Assembly: GCA_964388835.1 (NCBI GenBank)
Contig: CAYMBZ010000003.1
Coordinates: 880 to 64,879, forward strand
DNA from: an uncultured Lachnospiraceae bacterium
GTDB taxonomy: Bacteria > Bacillota > Clostridia > UBA1381
DNA length: 64,000 nucleotides
Direction: 5' to 3'
A program made the translations under genes and the position numbers. This document shows, one piece after another, positions 18,227 to 27,739 of the stretch (positions are counted from its first letter, which is position 1; each line of letters opens with the position of its first letter). The notes under the pieces were generated by a model. It was not told where the DNA came from and searched no databases. It was given only the letters and a program-made list of their open reading frames with translations.

Positions 18227-20542
18227 ATGAAAAAATTCTTGTTTTTAATGCTTTCCCTCATATGCATAACGGCGGGTGCAGTTCATGCGGCAGATGAGGA
18301 AAGCAAAATTTTATACTACAATGACGGGTACAGTGATTTAAATTCTACGCAGACAACGCTTGACGGTGAATTGTGCCTAAAGCACAAAGTGGATTCAAGC
18401 AGTACAAATTATGTTGCAACTGCAGGTGTACTGAATCCCGAAGGCATAAAGGCTGATAAGACGATTTTCAGCTTTGATATAAACGCGGGTCAGACCAACC
18501 AGTATGTGTTTGCGGAACTTCATGGAAGTGACGGAACAAATTCCGCACAGATAGCAAGCTTTTTTGTTTCCATGGACGGAAAGATAGGATACAAAACGGT
18601 AAACGGATGGGAGGGAACAGCAGAATTCCCGAACGGAAATGATGCTTACTCTGGATATATTTTAAAAGATATTGAGCCGAATAAGTGGTATCATATAGAT
18701 ATGATTTTCAATCATGAGGACGGCTCTATCACCTATTATTTTGACGGCAGTGTTTGGGGAACAGGTCATACCTTTACCAAAAAGTATTATGTAAGCCTGT
18801 TAAATATGGCATCAAGGGGCGGAGAAGGTTATGTTACAAATCCGACCGGTAACGAGGTATTCTACCTTGATAACATAATGCTTGCCTCGGTTTACGGAGA
18901 TGAAATGATTGCAAATGTCGGAGCGGTTGACCTGAAAAAGAAAACCGTAAATATTACTTTCTCGGAAATTCCGAGCGAGACGGCATTATCGGATATTAAA
19001 ATTATCAATACCGTTACGGAAAACCAGGTTGCAATTACGGATATTAGCAGAAAGAACAACATTGTTACCTTAAGTTTTAGCGAAGATTTGGATACTTTGA
19101 CCGAGTATGCAATCGAAATTCCGGCGGGAATTACGGGAGTTCAGGGGAAAACAAAACACCAATTGTCGTATTTTGTAACCGAGAGCGGACAAGCTGACGA
19201 AAATATTGTATATACGACCGCACTTGAGGACGACTATGACGATGCAACGGCTATATATCAGTGGAATCCGTCTTACTCACCCGAGCCTGAGTTTGTTGAT
19301 GAAGCGGGACGCGGCAAAGTTTTGGGTATAAAATTTGCCGTAAAACAAGCAAATATCGAAACCAATATACTGCTGAGTGGGTTGGATAGCTATTTTCAAG
19401 ATAAAGATATAAGCACATTGAGCTTTGATTTAAAGGAAAGTCAGCTGAGAAATCATTCATTTTCACTGGTAACTTCCGGCTGGGCATATCCGATAACACT
19501 TTTCACTTCCGAGAAGGGGTGGTTCTGGGGTACGGACAGCGAGGCGCCGACACAAAACGGTGGAAATTTGCCGTTATTGTTCCCATCAACAAAGGCGGAG
19601 CTTGTAAATGATTGGGGATACCCGGCAAGCCAGTTTGCGGATATGCAGACGGATAAATGGTACAATGTTAAATTTGAGCTTGACCGCAAAAACGGAAAGG
19701 TAAGAGTTTACATTGATAACACAAAATTATATGAGGCAAACTGTTCCAAATCCACTCAAAACGCAATTAGTATGCTTTTGGTGAGAAACTGCTCGGCAGA
19801 AATATCAGCTGCTCAAAATGTTCTTTTTATAGACAACTTTACAATTAAAAACGGTGAGCCGGAACGCGAAAATAAGATTAAAAACACAAGATTTATCACA
19901 TCGGACGGACGTGTGACGGGCCCGTTCGGTAAAATCACAAGAGATTTGCAGAGAATTGACGTTGAATTTTACAATGCGCCGAAAGTTTCCTCAATAACAG
20001 CGGACAGTGTGAAACTGTTCTACGGAAGCGAGCAGGTTGCATATACTGTCGGCGGACTTTCGGGAAATGTGCTTTCCGTCATCCCGAGTAAACTGCCGAA
20101 TAGTGGCGACAAGGTTAAACTTGTTGTTTCGGGAGTACTTGCACAGGCGGGTGGAACGGTTTCCGACCACAGCGCGAGCGTAACCGCGGAGGGCGCAAAC
20201 GGCGGATTAAGCATTGCTCCGTTTATGACAGTTAAAACTGACGGAACTGAGGCTACCGCTGTTTCAGGCGATGTCTATGCAAAAACATCCGTATTTAATA
20301 CCGGAAGCAACACAGAAAATGTAATTGTTTCCATTATGGGCTATAACGGTGATAAAATGGTGGCGATAGACTTTGAAGAGATTGAGCTTAATAGCGGAGA
20401 CGTTGCCGTATTTGATGAAACGGGAAGCAACAATACTTTGAAAGTTTTAGATGACGGCACAATTACCGATGTTATGCTTGTTGTTTTAAAGGGCGGAGAT
20501 ACGAGATATTCGATACTTGCACCTGTTAGTATAGAAAGGTAG
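18227..20542 (+). CDS. secreted non-catalytic protein with two ConA/LamG-like modules, Ig-like domains and a C-terminal beta-sandwich module (about 771 aa)
   Basis: ATG at 18227 follows GAGGTGG, and the signal peptide is MKKFLFLMLSLICITAGAVHA. Core strands are KWYHIDMIFNHEDGSITYYFDG and KWYNVKFELDRKNGKVRVYIDN. Its second module is a close paralog of module 2 of the preceding gene. Confidence 0.6.
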   Translation: MKKFLFLMLSLICITAGAVHAADEESKILYYNDGYSDLNSTQTTLDGELCLKHKVDSSSTNYVATAGVLNPEGIKADKTIFSFDINAGQTNQYVFAELHGSDGTNSAQIASFFVSMDGKIGYKTVNGWEGTAEFPNGNDAYSGYILKDIEPNKWYHIDMIFNHEDGSITYYFDGSVWGTGHTFTKKYYVSLLNMASRGGEGYVTNPTGNEVFYLDNIMLASVYGDEMIANVGAVDLKKKTVNITFSEIPSETALSDIKIINTVTENQVAITDISRKNNIVTLSFSEDLDTLTEYAIEIPAGITGVQGKTKHQLSYFVTESGQADENIVYTTALEDDYDDATAIYQWNPSYSPEPEFVDEAGRGKVLGIKFAVKQANIETNILLSGLDSYFQDKDISTLSFDLKESQLRNHSFSLVTSGWAYPITLFTSEKGWFWGTDSEAPTQNGGNLPLLFPSTKAELVNDWGYPASQFADMQTDKWYNVKFELDRKNGKVRVYIDNTKLYEANCSKSTQNAISMLLVRNCSAEISAAQNVLFIDNFTIKNGEPERENKIKNTRFITSDGRVTGPFGKITRDLQRIDVEFYNAPKVSSITADSVKLFYGSEQVAYTVGGLSGNVLSVIPSKLPNSGDKVKLVVSGVLAQAGGTVSDHSASVTAEGANGGLSIAPFMTVKTDGTEATAVSGDVYAKTSVFNTGSNTENVIVSIMGYNGDKMVAIDFEEIELNSGDVAVFDETGSNNTLKVLDDGTITDVMLVVLKGGDTRYSILAPVSIER

Positions 20543-20547
20543 GAATT

Positions 20548-23477
20548 ATGATTAAAAAAATATGCTCGGTAGTTCTGTGTGGACTGTTTGCATTAAATGT
20601 TACCGTTTTTGCGACACCAACCGCCGTTGTAACAAAGGATGAGATTTACTTAACATCTCAATATTCCGGCGGAGAATCGGGAAAAATGTACAGTGTTGAC
20701 CTGTATGATTCCACATACAATGCTGAGAATCCGCTACCGTCATTGGTTTTCAGAAACCAGGAAATAAGCGGTCCCTCCGGGTGGTGGGGCATGACTATTC
20801 CAATGAAAAATAAAGAGGCGGGCGTTTACCGCTTGGCATCGGGAGAAGAGAGCGGTACGGTTTATACCGAAAACATTCTTTACGATAAATTTGACGGAAA
20901 GAAGACCTACAACGGTATAAGTGCAAATACCGACGGTTCTTTAAACTTTGACGCGGGTGCGTATTTGCAGGCGGATTTTGCGGACTTGGTTTCGGATAAT
21001 CTGGTGAAGGTAAGTTTTGATATTCAGCTGACAGAAAACAGTAACTTTTATATGAGACTTAACAATGTACAAGATGCTGTTTGGAACGACAAAACGCAAA
21101 TATTCGATACGCTTTACTTCAATTCAAACGGAAAGGCATACCTTTTTACAAATGAAAACAACTGGTCGGGGGCGGACGAGTACAAAAGCTGGTATGCGGG
21201 CAGAGAATACCATGTTGAGCTATGGGTTGATATGCTGAGAAAGAGCATAGCCGGATATGTGGATAATACCGCTATAGGTAAAATGCCGCTGGCGGACGGA
21301 CTTAACAAGTTGGGCGGACTAAAAATGACGTGCTCTTCGGGAAGCGCAAAAGTGAGCAATTTTGAAATGTGCGAATTTCCTGAGTACGGCACAGATGTCA
21401 GCCTCGGAAATCATGCTCCCGATTATGCCGAACAGCCGATTTATGCGGCGGTTAAGGTAGGAGATGATATCGGAAACATAATCTTCGGTGCGGAGAATGT
21501 GGATTTGGATATTTCTTTGCTTAATCGTGAGAACAAGGCGAGAAATTATACCGTTAAATATAATTTCTATGATGCCGACAGCGGTGTGCTTATCGGAAGT
21601 GACAGCGAAGATGTAAGTTTTTTGGGAAACGAAAAGCTGGTATTGAATAAAAAATTCGATTTTACAGATTTTAAGAAACAGTACGGATTTTTCAAACTGG
21701 TAATGAGCTTTTCGGAAAATTCCTATGAGATTTCGGATTTTAATTCCTCGGAATTCAGATTTTCCGTTGCAAGAAAATCCTCCGAGCTTAATAAGAAAAT
21801 GGGAATTCATACTCAGTTTGGACACGGATATTCCGGACAATACGAGAATATTACCCTTGCGAAAAACGCGGGATTTTATTCAATAAGAGACTATGTTGCG
21901 GATAGCCAGTACAGCGCGGCTAACGGATGGGTACTTCCCGAACGCTATACGATTTGGCACAATTATGCAAAAGCCGCAGACATGAATGAGATTCTGCATG
22001 TGTATTATTCCGCAAACGGATTGGTTCCGACATCGGATGCGGAAATCCAAAAATTTGCGGAGTATGCTGGCAAGCTTGCCGCAAATACCGATGCGGAATA
22101 CATTGAGTTGTTTAACGAGCTTAATCTTGCGGGTGATAGCATGACAACCGCAGATTACGCAAAGGTTCTTATGGCAACCGCCGAGAAAATTCATCCGGTA
22201 AAAAAGACAATGGCGATGGTAACCGCAAGAGCGGGAGCTCAGGCACAGGAATGGATTAAAGGTGTGCTTGATGCGATTGTTGAGGCGGGAGGACAGCCTG
22301 TTGATTATATCGATTCAGTATCGGTTCATCCGTATAAGCTCTATAACCTGTCACCGGAGACCGGCAAGATACCGGATAAGGGAGAAAACGACGGTACATT
22401 GCATGAGCAGGTTGCGGATGTACGTGCGCTTATGAATCGATACGGTCTGGAAGAGTGTCCGATTTTCGCTTCGGAAATAGGCTGGACATCAACGCCTGTT
22501 TGGTCAGGCTGGGCACAGGTGGACGACAGAGTTACCGAATACGAGCAGGCGGAGTATACTATTCGAGCCTCGGTTCTTCTGCATGAGGATTTGGAATGTA
22601 TGTATTGGCATACGATGAATGATAAGCTGGGTGCGGATGTTTATGAAGAGCATTTCGGAATCGTGGATAAAAGAGCGGCAGTGGAAATTCCTTTTGAAGC
22701 AAAACCGGCATTTATCGCATTGGCGCAGTTCAATTCCCTTTTGGCAAATGCAAAGAGAACTTCCGAAACGGAAAACAACGGCTGTTATGATGCGGTGTTT
22801 AATAAGAACGGAAAAACCGTTCATGTGCTTTGGACAGACAGTGGAAATAAACCATATGAGTTTAATGCCGTATCAAAGGTTTTGAAACTTTATGACATGT
22901 ACGGAAACGAAAGCATTGTAACCTCGGAGGACGGAAAATATAACATGCAGCTTTCAACATCGCCGATATATGCGGAGATACTTGACGGTTATGTTGAGTT
23001 TACCGTTGAAAATGCAAACATGTGCTTTGGACAGACAGTGGAAATAAACCATATGAGTTTAATGCCGTATCAAAGGTTTTGAAACTTTATGACATGTACG
23101 GAAACGAAAGCATTGTAACCTCGGAGGACGGAAAATATAACATGCAGCTTTCAACATCGCCGATATATGCGGAGATACTTGACGGTTATGTTGAGTTTAC
23201 CGTTGAAAATGCAAACGGAGATGCGGAGGTTAAGGTCGGTACGGACAGCGTTCGTGCAAGGCTTATTTCCAACAAAACATTTGATACCAAGCGCTACATA
23301 ATTGTGGCGGCATACAAGGATAAGCAATTGCTCGGTGTTGATATTAAACCGGTTGACGGAACGGCTTTGACAAATATGACAGAGCTGATATCGACACAGG
23401 GTGCGGATACGGTAAAGGCATTCTTGATGACGGAAAGCTTTGAGCCGGAACTTACAAGCACCGCGAACAGCAAATAG
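20548..23477 (+). pseudogene. secreted LamG plus clan GH-A-like hydrolase gene interrupted by a 197-bp tandem duplication (ORFs 20548-23082 and 23022-23477); 910 aa if one copy is removed
   Basis: Signal peptide MIKKICSVVLCGLFALNVTVFA. GH-A motifs are YIELFNELN, VSVHPY and PIFASEIGWT. Both ORFs encode LWTDSGNKPYEFNAVSKVLKLYDMYGNESIVTSEDGKYNMQLSTSPIYAEILDGYVEFTVENAN. Deleting one 197-bp copy restores a single 2733-nt frame. Confidence 0.85.
22822..23215 (+). repeat. perfect tandem direct duplication, 2 x 197 bp
   Basis: 22822-23018 and 23019-23215 are identical base for base on direct comparison. 197 is not a multiple of 3. There is 1 nt of junction microhomology (C). Confidence 0.97.
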
Positions 23478-23483
23478 AATGGA

Positions 23484-25127
23484 GTGACAATATTGAGAAA
23501 AATAATTTCTTTGGCAATCGCCGCAAGTACATTTTTAACTACTGCGGCAATGGCGGATGTTACGGATTTGGGAGGTCTTAAGGGAAATATAAATGAAGAG
23601 ACTACCTTTCCGAATACCGCAATGAATGTTGAGGTATATGCGCCGGGTAAGGGATACGCCGATTTAAAAACGGCATCTGCGGCGGAGTATAAGGATATTC
23701 TGATTTTCCGAAAGGTTGTAAATACCGATGCGGACGGAGTATTGGACGTTAATTTTGAGGTAGGCTCAAGCAATCCTGCGTCCGGAATATATTCGGTGTA
23801 CATTGCCGGCGCCGACTATAAAAAGGAGGACCGCGTTCTTCTTACAGATGAAACCACGGCGGCTCCTATTATAGCTCAGATAAACAGCGCTATGGCGGGA
23901 GAAGCTCAAAACGCAATAAATACAATCGCTGGTCTGATAGAGACCGCGCCTTTTGATTTGTACATCAGCGCGGATTCATATTTGACGCAGGACGTATATC
24001 CGATTGCGGCGGGGCTTGCGTATAACTACATGAAAACAAACAACATTACACTTACAAGTGCAAACTGCGGAACGATTATGAACAAGGCGGTATGCGTTGC
24101 GGCGCTGCAGAAAAATCTTGTAAGCAATGTGATTGCAGATGAAAAGGGCTTTAACCTTTCACAAAGCGAAATTGCGCCATACTACAAAAAGTATTACGTA
24201 ACTGAGGAGACCGGCAAAAAAATGGCGGCAAGACTCGGCGGTAAGGCTTATGCGACACTCGGCGATTTTGATAATGCATTGACCGAGGCATTTGTATTGT
24301 CCGTTTTGGAAAACCCGGACGGTTCGGATAACACAAAGGAACTGCTCAATGCGTTCTATGCGAAGATAGGAATTACTCAAAACGGAACAGCGGCGCAGTA
24401 TGCAGGAGTATCAAACAAGAGCTATACGGATTTTGCGGCGTTAAAAGCGGCTTATGTTGCACTTGCGGGACAAACACAGTACACACCGCAAGGCGGCGGT
24501 GGCGGCGGTGGAGTAGGCGGCTCCGGTTCTTCGCTTAATGCGGGATTTACTGTTCCGTCTCAGCCGACACAATATCCTATCACAATTTTTGATGATTTGG
24601 ATTCTGTTTCATGGGCAGAGGAGGCAATCGTTTACTTGGCGGAAAATCTTATCGTAAGCGGTAAGGGTGATATGAAGTTCTGCCCGAACGACGAGATTAC
24701 ACGTGAGGAATTTGTTAAGATTTTGGTAGGTGCGCTTAAAGTTGCACCGGAAGAAGAAAAGGAAATCACTTTCTCCGATGTAAGTGCAGATGCATGGTAT
24801 TACGATGCTGTTAAAAAGGCATATTCTGCCGGAATTGTAAGCGGAAAGAGCATTGAACTTTTCGGAACCGGCGAACGCATAACACGCCAGGAGATGGCGG
24901 CTATGGTAATGAACGGAGCGAAATATTCGGGACGAAGCTTAGAGGACGCAGTAAGCGATTTCAAATTTGATGATGACGGCGAGATGGCGGATTGGGCAAA
25001 GGAAAGTGTCTACATCTTAAGAGAAGCCGGAATAATCAGCGGAGTGGACGAATATCATTTTGCGCCGATTCAAACAGCAACAAGAGCTCAGGCGGCTAAA
25101 ATGATTTACGGCTTGCTTGAAGGTTAA
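23484..25127 (+). CDS. cell-wall-anchored protein: N-terminal beta-sandwich, alpha-helical region, poly-Gly linker, C-terminal triple SLH (547 aa)
   Basis: Signal peptide. The linker is GGGGGGGVGGSGSS. SLH repeats begin near 24585 (FDDLDSVSWAEEAIVYLAENLIVSGKGDMKFCPNDEITREEFVKIL; FSDVSADAWYYDAVKKAYSAGIVSG; a third follows). The start may instead be the TTG at 23493. Confidence 0.8.
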   Translation: MTILRKIISLAIAASTFLTTAAMADVTDLGGLKGNINEETTFPNTAMNVEVYAPGKGYADLKTASAAEYKDILIFRKVVNTDADGVLDVNFEVGSSNPASGIYSVYIAGADYKKEDRVLLTDETTAAPIIAQINSAMAGEAQNAINTIAGLIETAPFDLYISADSYLTQDVYPIAAGLAYNYMKTNNITLTSANCGTIMNKAVCVAALQKNLVSNVIADEKGFNLSQSEIAPYYKKYYVTEETGKKMAARLGGKAYATLGDFDNALTEAFVLSVLENPDGSDNTKELLNAFYAKIGITQNGTAAQYAGVSNKSYTDFAALKAAYVALAGQTQYTPQGGGGGGGVGGSGSSLNAGFTVPSQPTQYPITIFDDLDSVSWAEEAIVYLAENLIVSGKGDMKFCPNDEITREEFVKILVGALKVAPEEEKEITFSDVSADAWYYDAVKKAYSAGIVSGKSIELFGTGERITRQEMAAMVMNGAKYSGRSLEDAVSDFKFDDDGEMADWAKESVYILREAGIISGVDEYHFAPIQTATRAQAAKMIYGLLEG

Positions 25128-25139
25128 GAGAGGGATAAT

Positions 25140-27710
25140 ATGGTGAAACGTTCATTTTTATTCATGTTGCTTATTGCAATGTGTATGTTTTCAGTATCGG
25201 CGGGGGCTAAGGAAAACGTTTCTGCCGAAAGTGAAATTGAATTGCTTCAGGTATTGGATATTGTCGGCAGTGATTTTGCCGACAATGCCGATGAGCCTAT
25301 TACAAGAGAAGAATTTGCCGTATATGCGGCAAAGCTTAACCGGTACACGCCTGAGGCAAATGCTGTAAGATATTTTAATGATGTTTCCGCAAGCAGTGAG
25401 CTTGCGGGGTATGCGGGACAGCTCTTGGAGGGCGGAATAATTACTCAGCCCGCAGACGGTATGTTCCGCGCGGCAAGCGTTATTAAATATAACGAGGCAT
25501 GCTGTATGCTGGTTTCAAGCATGGGTTATGCAAAACATGCCGCTCTTATAGGAGGATATCCGTCAGGCTATGCAAATATCGCACATGACCTTGATATTAG
25601 AATGGGTGGCGGAAATGCGGAAATGACAAGAGCAGACGCGGCACGCATGATATACGATGCGCTTAAGGCGTATGTTTACAATGCGGCTTACGGCGGCAAG
25701 GAGGGCACAATGTCATTCAAACAGGGAAATAAAACCCTGATTGAAAAGAATTTCGGTATTGCATATGCCGAGGGAAAACTGATGGGAACACCCTACGGTA
25801 ACAGCGAAAGTTCCGAATTTGTGGGAAATGACCGCGTGGTTATATCGGGAAAGAACTATGTTATAAAAGGTGATGTCAGCGGATTGGATTTGTTGGGACA
25901 TAACGTTACATATTTCTATGATACCGACAGTGAGGAAATTCTTCATATAGCAATTGAAAAGCAAAAGAAGGATGACCTTGTTATCAATATAGCCGATATC
26001 CAAAGAATAAGCGGTACATCGGTGAGCTATAACAAAAACGGCAGTTTGAAAAATGTGAATCTGAAAACAGAGAATGTTATTTATAACGGTTTTCTGCAAG
26101 GAACACGAGTTGCCGAAAAACTTGCGGATTTAAACAAGGGTATTGTTATTTTGAGGGACACTGACAGGGATTCTCAATATGACATGATGATGGTTTACGA
26201 TTACACAAATCTGACGGTCGGAGGAACAAAACAGGATAAAACTCTTGTTTACAACAAAATTCAAGGCGGTGCAAACCTTGACCTTACCGATGTTGAGGTA
26301 ATTGAGGTAACGAAGTACGGCGAGAAAATCGATTTTGCGGAAATAAACGATGGAGATTCTCTTTCGGTAATGACTGCGGACAACGGGAAAGTTATAAAAA
26401 TTATCGTAAATACCGACGAGGTTATAGGCGCATTAAATAGCTTTGACGGAGAATATGCCGTAATTGACGGTGGTGAGTACCTTGTCGAAAAAAGCTATCG
26501 AAGCAGTTTCCTCAAAAAGGTAAAAACGGGAAGCAATGCCGCATTCGTACTTGACCCATTCGGAAATGTTGTGTATGTAAATGTAGATTCCGAAGAATGG
26601 CAGTTCGGATATATCTTAAAAAGATATTTTGAGGATGATGACAACTTGGGTTTAAAAATTTTGACCGAAGACGGGGAAAGAAAGATAATCAACCTTGCAG
26701 AAAGAGTCAGAATTGACGAGACAACTTACAAGTACACAGCTGATTTTGAAGAACAGCTGACCGGACTTAGCGAGAATATCATCAGATTTCAAAAAAACCG
26801 TGACGGCAGAATAAACAAAATCGACACATTAAAAATCGGAAGAAATGAGGATAAGGAAAAGTCAATTGTTTCGGTTTATGAAGATACAAAAGCATGGTCC
26901 GGAATGGGTAATATAGGTAAGTATGGCTCTAAGGCGGTGTTTACCGGCAGAACAATAGGCTTCATAGTTCCTAACAGCTACAACGAGGGGGACTATGCGA
27001 TAACCCTGGGTGCTCCCGATGATTTGTCAAATGACGGATTGGTGATAAAGTGCTATTATGCGGATACCGCGGATTCGGACGGATATGTGGATGCATACGT
27101 TAAAAAGTATGACAGGGAAACCGAGAAAAAGACAATCACTATGATGTACAGTGGCAAGAGCATGGGGCTTGACGATGACGGCGATCCGGTGTATATTGTA
27201 AAGGGTTACTCTGCGGGAAAGGAAGTTGAACAGGAGATTTCCACAGAGATTGGTGCCGAAAGTTTATCTGCACTTTCAAGTCTTAAAAAGGGAGATATGG
27301 TTGTACTTACCGTATATGCGCAGAGTCTTAAATTCTGCACTGTTGAGAAGATTTTTGATGCTGAAACCGGTACGCCATGCAATTTTAAGGCGATTACCGC
27401 AGAACATATTTGGTACAGCGGAACAACCGAGGAGGCATACTATGCATCAACAAACCAAATTGTGTACGGAGAGATATTCGACAGACACGGAAATGTATTT
27501 TCTATAAGAAATGACGAAAATTCCGAAGTCAATGAAAGATTTACAATTCCGTCATCCTTGACATGCGTATTCTATGACAAGGCGACAGATGAAATATACA
27601 CCGGCAGTTGTGATAATATTCAGGATTATGAAACAGCAAGAAGCAATTGTATGAAAGTGATAAAAACTTCATATTGGGGCAGTGTATCCGGTGTATATCT
27701 GTATAAATAA
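25140..27710 (+). CDS. N-terminally SLH-anchored large surface protein, about 650-aa C-terminal region of unknown function (856 aa)
   Basis: Signal peptide. SLH-like repeats occupy the first 190 aa or so (ITREEFAVYAAKL, FNDVSASSELAGYAGQLLEGGIITQPADGMFRAASVIKYNEACCMLV). Paralog of 27740-30307 and 42816-45515. Confidence 0.65.
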   Translation: MVKRSFLFMLLIAMCMFSVSAGAKENVSAESEIELLQVLDIVGSDFADNADEPITREEFAVYAAKLNRYTPEANAVRYFNDVSASSELAGYAGQLLEGGIITQPADGMFRAASVIKYNEACCMLVSSMGYAKHAALIGGYPSGYANIAHDLDIRMGGGNAEMTRADAARMIYDALKAYVYNAAYGGKEGTMSFKQGNKTLIEKNFGIAYAEGKLMGTPYGNSESSEFVGNDRVVISGKNYVIKGDVSGLDLLGHNVTYFYDTDSEEILHIAIEKQKKDDLVINIADIQRISGTSVSYNKNGSLKNVNLKTENVIYNGFLQGTRVAEKLADLNKGIVILRDTDRDSQYDMMMVYDYTNLTVGGTKQDKTLVYNKIQGGANLDLTDVEVIEVTKYGEKIDFAEINDGDSLSVMTADNGKVIKIIVNTDEVIGALNSFDGEYAVIDGGEYLVEKSYRSSFLKKVKTGSNAAFVLDPFGNVVYVNVDSEEWQFGYILKRYFEDDDNLGLKILTEDGERKIINLAERVRIDETTYKYTADFEEQLTGLSENIIRFQKNRDGRINKIDTLKIGRNEDKEKSIVSVYEDTKAWSGMGNIGKYGSKAVFTGRTIGFIVPNSYNEGDYAITLGAPDDLSNDGLVIKCYYADTADSDGYVDAYVKKYDRETEKKTITMMYSGKSMGLDDDGDPVYIVKGYSAGKEVEQEISTEIGAESLSALSSLKKGDMVVLTVYAQSLKFCTVEKIFDAETGTPCNFKAITAEHIWYSGTTEEAYYASTNQIVYGEIFDRHGNVFSIRNDENSEVNERFTIPSSLTCVFYDKATDEIYTGSCDNIQDYETARSNCMKVIKTSYWGSVSGVYLYK

Positions 27711-27739
27711 TCGAATACTGCAAAAAGGGGGTAGAGACA

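Noticed and set aside
21319-21840. Long antisense or shadow ORFs in the six-frame track that lie inside the big genes. Examples are 21319-21840(-), 25713-26099(-), 29027-29536(-), 33017-33535(-), 34832-35371(-), 55696-56208(-), 58147-58725(-), 17348-17812(-) and 10156-10578(-).
   Set aside because: Each lies fully within a much longer opposite-strand or alternate-frame ORF that has clear family motifs. Their translations are low-complexity or Cys/Arg/Phe-rich with no recognisable motif, and none has an RBS. They are typical shadow ORFs.
24487-24530. GGC/GGA-rich runs (24487-24530 and 42163-42205) considered as simple-sequence repeats or phase-variation tracts.
   Set aside because: They are imperfect, in-frame codon runs encoding the poly-Gly linkers that precede the SLH triplets in two paralogous proteins. 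They are a structural linker, not a slippage-prone perfect repeat.
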